A DNA stretch of 64,000 nucleotides, from the NCBI GenBank assembly GCA_037308085.1, contig CP147779.1, forward strand, positions 1,408,001 through 1,472,000, in the 5' to 3' direction. Shown piece by piece: positions 57,302 through 64,000 of this stretch (the stretch's first letter is position 1; each line of letters opens with the position of its first letter). The notes beneath the pieces are model-generated. The model worked only from the letters and a program-made list of their open reading frames with translations, was not told the origin of the DNA and ran no database searches. This DNA is from Promethearchaeati archaeon SRVP18_Atabeyarchaeia-1 (GTDB taxonomy: Archaea; Asgardarchaeota; Atabeyarchaeia; Atabeyarchaeales; Atabeyarchaeaceae). The position numbers and the translations under genes were made by a program.

Positions 57302-60224
57302 CGCTCCTTCGAAGTGCTTCGCTTGCTTGGAGATCAACCCGCGAATCCCTGGTTGCCTCCCCTTGCATCTCTTCGGCATCTACCACTAGAACCTTTTTCA
57401 GGAATTGCCCGGTGTATGATTGAGGAACACGCGCGATTTCTTCTGGTGTTCCTTGTGCGATTATTCTTCCCCCGTTCTCCTGCCCTCCTTCTGGGCCAAG
57501 GTCGATTACTAGGTCTGCTGTTTTTATCACATCTAGGTTGTGCTCAATTACGATCACCGTGTTGCCTGCGTCCGTAAGCCTGCTCAATACCTCCAGAAGC
57601 TTATGTATGTCTGCGAAGTGAAGACCAGTGGTGGGCTCGTCAAGCATGTAGAGAGTTTTTCCCGTAGCCCTCCTGCAGAGTTCGGTAGCCAGTTTTACGC
57701 GTTGAGCTTCGCCACCCGATAGTGTCGTCGCAGGTTGCCCCAGCTTGATGTAGCCTAGCCCGACATCGCATATCGTCTGCAGGATTGCCTTGACATGGGG
57801 TATGTTCTCGAAGAACGCGACCGCCTCATCTATCGTCATTGAAAGGATATCAGCGATGTTCTTTTCCTTGTATGTGATCTCAAGAGTCTCCCTGTTGTAC
57901 CGATTGCCTTTGCAGACCTCGCACGGAACATAGACGTCAGGTAGGAACTGCATCTCGAGCCTGATTATGCCATCTCCTTTGCATGCCTCACATCTGCCAC
58001 CGCTTACATTGAAGCTGAACCTTCCAGGTTTGTACCCCCTGGCCCTAGCTTCTTGAAGCTTCGAGAATAGATCCCTGATGAAAGTGAAGACGCCGGTGTA
58101 CGTCGCTGGGTTTGATCGCGGAGTCCTGCCAATGGGCGACTGGTCTATCATGACGGCCTTGTCGATGTTCTGAATTCCTTCGATTCTATCGTGAGCGCCT
58201 GGTTTCTCCTTGGCTCCGTGCAGCGTTCGGGCAAGGGCCCTATAGAGTATGTCGTCTAGAAGTGTGCTCTTCCCCGAGCCTGAGACACCGGTGATGCAGA
58301 TTAATAGCCCTAAGGGTATCTTCACGTCGATATTCTTCAGATTGTTCTCTCGAGCACCTCTTACAGTGATATACTTCCCATTTCCGGGTCTCCGCGAGCT
58401 CGGCACCGGTATCTTCAGCTTTCCGCTTAGATACTGACCAGTTATTGATTTCTCACACTTCGCGACTTCCTCAACGGTGCCAGACGATACGAGATACCCA
58501 CCATGCGCCCCTGCGCCTGGTCCGAGATCGACAACCCAGTCTGCCGCCCTTATTGTCTGCTCATCATGTTCAACGATTATGACTGTGTTTCCTAGGTTTC
58601 TCAGTCTCTTCAGAGTTTCAATCATCCGCCTGAGATCCCTCTGGTGTAGGCCAATAGATGGCTCGTCGAGTATATACAGAACCCCAACCAGACTCGTTCC
58701 GATTTGGGTTGCAAGCTGGGTTCGCTGTGCTTCCCCACCTGACAGTGTGCTTGTCGTCCTGTCCAAGGTTAGGTAATCGAGCCCCACATCCATCAAGAAC
58801 CCTAAGCGGCTCTTAATCTCCTTCAGGACCTGGTGGGCTATGAGTTGTTCTTTCTCAGTGAGTTTAAGAGCGTCGAAGAACTTGAGCGACTGAGACACGG
58901 ACATCTTCGTCATTTCAGCCAATGATTTTTCTGAGATCTTCACAGCCAGACTCTCTGGGCGCAGGCGGTCGCCGTTACATGCCGGACACCTCTTGACAGA
59001 CATGAACTTCTGGTACCAAGCACGCATTTCCTCGGACTTTGTTTCCACGAATCTGCGTTCCAGGTTGTTTATGACTCCCCTTGTGGGGCGTTCATGTTCA
59101 TAGAGTACCTTTTTATTCTCGTCCTCGTATCGGAACTTGATCTTCTCTTCGCCCGACCCATATAAGATCACGTGAAGCTGCTTGGCTGTCAAATCCTTCA
59201 ATGGTGTGTCCAATGAGAAGCCGTAGTGGTCTGCCAAGGACTTCATCGACTGCATCCACCAAGAATCAATGTTCTTGCTCATCGGGACTATTCCGCCTTC
59301 CGCGATCGACTTGGTCTTGTCGGGGATGACCAACTCGGGGTCGATATTCATTTTTACACCGAGCCCACTGCATTCCCTGCAAGCACCGAAGGGAGAGTTG
59401 AATGAGAAGTTCCTTGGGTTGAGCTCACCGTAGCTCACTCCGCAGTCAGGGCACGAGAGCTGTTCGCTGTAGAGCTGCTCGTCTCCGCCTTCCTTCCCAT
59501 CCTCCGCTGTTCTTATGATGACTAGTCCCTCGCTGAGTTTGAGGGCAGTCTGGACCGAGTCAGCTATCCTCCCCCTTGTCTCATCCTTGACTGAAAGCCT
59601 GTCAACAATCGCTTCGATCGTGTGCTTCTTCTTCTTGTCAACGAATCCGACTTCTTCCACCTCTACGTTCCGGCCATCTAGCCGGATCCTGACAAACCCT
59701 TGCTTTCTCAGTTTCTCCAGAATTTCTTTGTGCTCACCTTTTCTCGCTCTAACGACAGGAGCCAAGATCTGAATCCTTGATCCTGACCTCAGCTTCATGA
59801 CTTGATCGACAATTTGGTCAAGGGTTTGCCTCTTTATCTCTTTTCCACATTTGTAGCAATGAGGTATGCCGATCCTCGCAAAAAGCAACCTCAAGTAATC
59901 ATGAATCTCGGTAACGGTTGCTACCGTGGAGCGAGGGTTTCTGCTTGCGGTCCTCTGCTCAATGCAAATTGCAGGTGACAACCCCTCAATATAGTCGACA
60001 TCAGGCTTGCTCATCTGCTCGAGAAACTGTCTGGCATAGGCTGAGAGCGACTCTATGTACCTTCTCTGACCTTCAGCGTAGAGCGTGTCGAACGCCAGCG
60101 AAGACTTGCCGCTTCCGCTCACACCAGTTATGACGACCAGCTTGTCTCTCGGAATTTCAACGTCGATGTTCTTAAGGTTGTTCTGTCTCGCTCCCTTGAC
60201 CACAATCAGACTAGCGTTTCCCAT
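57294..60224 (-). CDS. uvrA: Excinuclease ABC subunit A
   Basis: Two ABC ATPase modules ([17 protein letters not shown] twice), zinc fingers, [11 protein letters not shown]. Confidence 0.97.
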   Translation of the reverse strand: MGNASLIVVKGARQNNLKNIDVEIPRDKLVVITGVSGSGKSSLAFDTLYAEGQRRYIESLSAYARQFLEQMSKPDVDYIEGLSPAICIEQRTASRNPRSTVATVTEIHDYLRLLFARIGIPHCYKCGKEIKRQTLDQIVDQVMKLRSGSRIQILAPVVRARKGEHKEILEKLRKQGFVRIRLDGRNVEVEEVGFVDKKKKHTIEAIVDRLSVKDETRGRIADSVQTALKLSEGLVIIRTAEDGKEGGDEQLYSEQLSCPDCGVSYGELNPRNFSFNSPFGACRECSGLGVKMNIDPELVIPDKTKSIAEGGIVPMSKNIDSWWMQSMKSLADHYGFSLDTPLKDLTAKQLHVILYGSGEEKIKFRYEDENKKVLYEHERPTRGVINNLERRFVETKSEEMRAWYQKFMSVKRCPACNGDRLRPESLAVKISEKSLAEMTKMSVSQSLKFFDALKLTEKEQLIAHQVLKEIKSRLGFLMDVGLDYLTLDRTTSTLSGGEAQRTQLATQIGTSLVGVLYILDEPSIGLHQRDLRRMIETLKRLRNLGNTVIIVEHDEQTIRAADWVVDLGPGAGAHGGYLVSSGTVEEVAKCEKSITGQYLSGKLKIPVPSSRRPGNGKYITVRGARENNLKNIDVKIPLGLLICITGVSGSGKSTLLDDILYRALARTLHGAKEKPGAHDRIEGIQNIDKAVMIDQSPIGRTPRSNPATYTGVFTFIRDLFSKLQEARARGYKPGRFSFNVSGGRCEACKGDGIIRLEMQFLPDVYVPCEVCKGNRYNRETLEITYKEKNIADILSMTIDEAVAFFENIPHVKAILQTICDVGLGYIKLGQPATTLSGGEAQRVKLATELCRRATGKTLYMLDEPTTGLHFADIHKLLEVLSRLTDAGNTVIVIEHNLDVIKTADLVIDLGPEGGQENGGRIIAQGTPEEIARVPQSYTGQFLKKVLVVDAEEMQGEATRDSRVDLQASEALRRSAP

Positions 60225-60453
60225 TTACCTCTCTTCCTAAATTGCCGGCAGAATAATCCAGAAACCACATCTATCCCACTGCAAGAAGGGATAGAACCGC
60301 TACCGTATTTAAGGGAACCATTTGCCTCTACAAAGGAAAAAGAATCCCATATAAAGACATGAGGATGTGTCTTCTACGAAAACTGAAAGACAAAATTGCT
60401 TGCGATCGTTTCACTGCAGACGCGCATCGCAAGCTTGGGATTCAGACACATGC

Positions 60454-61305
60454 TCACTCGAGCGGGTTCATGCATCTGAAGCAAACCTTCGAACCGGCTT
60501 TGTTCTCAACGCCGCACATGGGGCATATTATTGGTGGCCCTGCCGGTGCAGTCGCTGAACCTGCTGCCTCACCTTCCCCTGACGGTTCAGGTCCTTCAGA
60601 AGGTATCGGTGGCAACTTCAACACTGAGGAACCCCCAGAACTCGCTAGAGGGCGTGTGAGCTTAGAGGCTACCCCCGTCGCGGCAGGTGCTGGTATAAGT
60701 GGTGTAGGTCGACCTCTGGTTATTTCCACTTGGTTCCAAGGCTCAACTTGCTTTCCCTGCCAATTTGATACTCCGGTAACGATCCTGTTTGCAATGTTAA
60801 ACAGGTCTTCAATTATCTTCCTTGGCGTTGCGTTCATTGCCGATAGCGCGTCTCTCCAATCCTTCTCAGCCTTCTTAAGGGGGACCTCGACTCTGCACCC
60901 CTCTTCCTTGGGTGAGACGCTGATCTTCTTGTTTGCCCTTATCATGCCTCCGTTGTATAGGTTGAGGATCCAGCTCTTAAGTTCCTCATCATAATCCACT
61001 AGTTCCCCGATGTTTCCCCACTTTCCTCCACCCGCAGCCGCAAGACTCCCATCCCTGAGTTCGATCTCAAGATCAAAGTTGGGATCGACTGGTGGCCTGA
61101 AGTAGAAGTACACGTGGACATTCGCATCGCCCTCAACGAACGATGCCTCGTCGATCACGCAGTTCTTCAACTTGAATCTGACTTTGTCCTTACCAGAGAT
61201 GAACTGAGGAAGACTGCTAAAGAATATCTCATCTACCAAGACCGTCTTGCGTAACTTGCCGGCGAGGAAGTGGTCAAGAGTGGACTCCGTGATACGTCCC
61301 TCCAT
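60454..61305 (-). CDS. Hypothetical protein with Pro-rich linker and C-terminal zinc ribbon
   Basis: C-terminal CPMCGVENKAGSKVCFRC; P/A/G/S-rich linker. Confidence 0.75.
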   Translation of the reverse strand: MEGRITESTLDHFLAGKLRKTVLVDEIFFSSLPQFISGKDKVRFKLKNCVIDEASFVEGDANVHVYFYFRPPVDPNFDLEIELRDGSLAAAGGGKWGNIGELVDYDEELKSWILNLYNGGMIRANKKISVSPKEEGCRVEVPLKKAEKDWRDALSAMNATPRKIIEDLFNIANRIVTGVSNWQGKQVEPWNQVEITRGRPTPLIPAPAATGVASKLTRPLASSGGSSVLKLPPIPSEGPEPSGEGEAAGSATAPAGPPIICPMCGVENKAGSKVCFRCMNPLE

Positions 61306-61681
61306 TCTAATTCTTCTGTTACTCTTACGATGACTGCGCCTTATATTCTTGTCAGCCGAGTTAGCCTTGCACTAATACGCGCCTTACATAGTTGCTGTCG
61401 CTTCAGACAATCAACTGTGAAAACCACAACAGCGCTTCTCTACAGAAAGTAAGAATGTTCTTGCTTGAAAAACCTTTCTTTTTATGCAGGGATCGCCCAA
61501 AATCAGCCGGAAAGATCGCAATAGCCAGAGCATATGCGCGCTGCCAGTCCATTCCGCCGGCGAGCGGAGATATTCTTAAATGCATCATCCATTCTAAGAG
61601 AATCAACTCGCGATTGAGAACCCGTTTTTATGAAATCCCTAATCAATATTGATCGTTGCTTTTCCTAGGAGTCGATTCCTA

Positions 61682-62995
61682 TTGGACAAAACTGTGAATC
61701 AAATTAGTCTCTCCACCGATGAGCTTCCCAGGAAATGGTATAACATAATCCCTGATCTCCCTGAGCCGTTGCCCCCTCCCCTCGAGCCGAATGATGGGGT
61801 ATCCAGATTGGATCTACTGAAGCGCATCATGGTAGGGACCTGCTTAGGTCAAGAATTCTCAACCGACCGCTGGGTAGACATACCTGAAGGGATAAGAGAA
61901 CTCTACCTACAAGCGGGACGTCCGAGGCCGCTCCACAGAGCGCGTCGCCTCGAGCGATACCTGAAACTGCCTGAGGATAAGATCAGGCTCTATTACAAGA
62001 GAGAGGACCTCAGCCCAACTGGTTCACACAAAGTGAACACGGCCTTAGCCCAAGCGTACTACGCCGCGAAGGAGGGCCACGAGACGGTCTCCACAGAAAC
62101 TGGTGCGGGGCAGTGGGGGAGCGCACTATCATATGCAGCCAGCCTCGTCGGTCTGAAGTGCGTGGTGTTCTGGGTGAGATTTGCCCATGACTGGAAACCT
62201 GAAAGAAGAGTCTTAATGAATCTATACGGGGCTGATGTCTATGCTTCTCCGAGTAAAGAAACCGATTATGGAAGAAAACTGCTATCAAAGGATCCGAAAC
62301 ACCCAGGTACCTTGGGCATTGCCATAAGCGAGGGTATGGAGTGGGCCATGAATCACGAGAAAACGGTCTACTGCCTCGGCTCAGTTCTGAACCACGTTCT
62401 CATGCATCAGTCAGTAATAGGCTTGGAGGTTATGGAGCAATTCAAAAAGGTGGACGACTGGCCAGACCTCATGGTTTCATGTCTTGGTGGTGGGAGCAAC
62501 TTCGGTGGATTCGTTCTCCCAATCATCGGAGAGGTCATAAAGAAGAAGCGCGAGACTAGGTTCCTCGCAGCACAAACTGAGGCAGCCCCAAGCCTCCTTA
62601 AAGGCGAGTACAAGTATGACTTTGCTGACCCGGCGCACCACACACCACTGCTCAAAATGTATTCCCTCGGGCCTGAGGCAGAGCTCCCAACAATCTACGC
62701 TGAGGGAATCCGCTATACTGCAGCATCTCCAATACTAAGCCTACTCAGGAACAAGAAGTACATAGACGCAGTTGCCTACCCAACTGACGAGAAGCACGTC
62801 TTTGAGATGGCGAGGACATTTGTGGCGACCGAAGGATTCATTCCAGCTCCAGAATCAGCTTACGGAGTGGCGTGTGCAATAGATGAGGCACTGAAATCGA
62901 AGAGAAAGAACGAGGAAAAGTGCATCGCTTTCAATATCTCAGGCCACGGCTTCTTGGATCTACCAGCATACCAAAAGGTGCTGGGAATAAAGTGA
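61682..62995 (+). CDS. trpB2: TrpB2-type tryptophan synthase beta-like PLP enzyme
   Basis: LPRKWYNI, SPTGSHKVNTA (PLP Lys), TETGAGQWG, GSVLNHV, GGGSN, PAPES, ISGHG. Confidence 0.92.
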   Translation: MDKTVNQISLSTDELPRKWYNIIPDLPEPLPPPLEPNDGVSRLDLLKRIMVGTCLGQEFSTDRWVDIPEGIRELYLQAGRPRPLHRARRLERYLKLPEDKIRLYYKREDLSPTGSHKVNTALAQAYYAAKEGHETVSTETGAGQWGSALSYAASLVGLKCVVFWVRFAHDWKPERRVLMNLYGADVYASPSKETDYGRKLLSKDPKHPGTLGIAISEGMEWAMNHEKTVYCLGSVLNHVLMHQSVIGLEVMEQFKKVDDWPDLMVSCLGGGSNFGGFVLPIIGEVIKKKRETRFLAAQTEAAPSLLKGEYKYDFADPAHHTPLLKMYSLGPEAELPTIYAEGIRYTAASPILSLLRNKKYIDAVAYPTDEKHVFEMARTFVATEGFIPAPESAYGVACAIDEALKSKRKNEEKCIAFNISGHGFLDLPAYQKVLGIK

Positions 62996-63049
62996 GACAA
63001 GACTGACTGCCCCTCCTTTTTCCTCTTATCAGATCTTGAGGAAACCAAA

Positions 63050-63880
63050 ATGCCTGAGCTTCCAGATTTGGAGTACCTGAGGGAGTTCCTGACATCGAAG
63101 CTAATTGGCGTGGCAGTCGAAGATCTCAAGGTAATGGGACCAATAGTGGTCAGATCTGCGGATCCTGAGAAGTTCGGCGAATCGTTGAAGGCTAGGAGAT
63201 TCGAGAGCATAAGACGACGCGGAAAATACCTGCTCTTCTCTTTTGACTCTGGAGCATTAATAGTGATTAGCCCGATGCTCTCAGGGAGACTTCATTATCG
63301 GACGATGGGAGACTTCGATGCGAAGAAGAGATTCTTCCTTTCGATTATCTTGGAGGACGGAGCTGAGATTCGGTATTCGGATGACACCGCGATGGGCAGA
63401 ATATATCTGCTCGATAACGAAGGCGCCTTGAACAGCGTGCTGAAGTTCGCTAAGCTTGGGACGGAAGCACTTGACACGGCACTCTCACTCCAGAAATTCG
63501 CTACACTTCTGAAGCACTTTGACTGGGAGGTCAAGAGGGTGCTGACCTACCAGAGCTTCATAGCTGGGATCGGCAACGCATACTCGGATGAGGTACTCTT
63601 TGACGCGAGGATCAACCCCTTCCGCAGATGCAACACTCTCTCCCAGGAAGAGAGCGCAAGGTTATACAATTCGATGAGGAAAGTGCTAACCGAGGCAATC
63701 AAAACTCTTAGGAAAAGGGTTGGCGAAAATATCGAGGTCGAGGTTAGAGATTTCATGAAGGTTCACGGTAAAGGTGGTCAGCCTTGCCCAACATGTGGAA
63801 CGAAGATATCTGAAGTGAAAGATGAAGGGCGAAAAACCAATTTCTGCCGGAACTGCCAGCCCGGATCACTCTTCAAGTAA
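63050..63880 (+). CDS. mutM: Fpg/Nei family DNA glycosylase/AP lyase
   Basis: N-terminal PELPD, RRGKYL, H2TH AGIGNAYSDE, zinc finger CPTC...R.TNFCRNCQ. Confidence 0.88.
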   Translation: MPELPDLEYLREFLTSKLIGVAVEDLKVMGPIVVRSADPEKFGESLKARRFESIRRRGKYLLFSFDSGALIVISPMLSGRLHYRTMGDFDAKKRFFLSIILEDGAEIRYSDDTAMGRIYLLDNEGALNSVLKFAKLGTEALDTALSLQKFATLLKHFDWEVKRVLTYQSFIAGIGNAYSDEVLFDARINPFRRCNTLSQEESARLYNSMRKVLTEAIKTLRKRVGENIEVEVRDFMKVHGKGGQPCPTCGTKISEVKDEGRKTNFCRNCQPGSLFK

Positions 63881-63899
63881 AGAATCCAGCTTGTGAGGC

Positions 63900-64000
63900 T
63901 CACACATCTGGCAGTCGGATCTGCTTCGATTCCTTCTTTTCTCTTATCTTCTCTTTGTGGTCGTCTCGCGCTTCCTTCAATTCCTTTATCCTATCTCTTA
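63900..64000 (-). CDS. C-terminal fragment of a gene entering from the right edge, probably UvrB (UVR coiled-coil end)
   Basis: Manual translation RDRIKELKEARDDHKEKIREKKESKQIRLPDV*; RDRIKEL matches the end of the UVR domain; uvrA is nearby. Confidence 0.55.
   Translation of the reverse strand, partial: RDRIKELKEARDDHKEKIREKKESKQIRLPDV

Noticed and set aside
56672-57577. ORF-track ORFs across the GC-rich element (56672-57262, 56916-57254, 57134-57577 and others)
   Set aside because: Arg/Pro/Ala-rich translations expected from GC-rich non-coding DNA; no family motifs.

Overview
Gene-dense archaeal chromosomal window of roughly balanced GC. Pelota, methanofuran genes, a corrinoid/MtaA pair, a group 3b [NiFe] hydrogenase and TATA-type promoters point to an archaeon; a Rab/Ras-like small GTPase and several zinc-finger and beta-propeller membrane proteins suggest an Asgard lineage (inference). 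Contents in order: ABC exporter; mfnB/E/F/D methanofuran cluster; beta-propeller surface proteins; MtaA-like methyltransferase and corrinoid protein; HypD-like glycyl radical enzyme and activase; TauE; class II ribonucleotide reductase with two inteins (one LAGLIDADG, one HNH); glnA with a divergent Lrp regulator that lacks a canonical start codon; a PIG-N/O/G-like membrane phosphotransferase; pelota; a 59-aa FYVE-like zinc finger; an M3-like peptidase; the small GTPase; a sulfur-relay cluster (SufS, IscS, DsrE, TusA); thiolase and SDR; a sugar kinase/aldolase cluster; a four-gene sulfhydrogenase operon; uvrA, trpB2, fpg and a probable uvrB tail. The most striking non-coding feature is a 394-bp IS200/IS605-type mini-element (56888-57281) with no intact ORF. 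It has both TnpA end hairpins with matching guide/cleavage tetranucleotides, and its interior looks like a large, heavily base-paired TnpB-type omegaRNA scaffold that would need TnpA/TnpB in trans. No tRNA, rRNA or CRISPR array was recognised.
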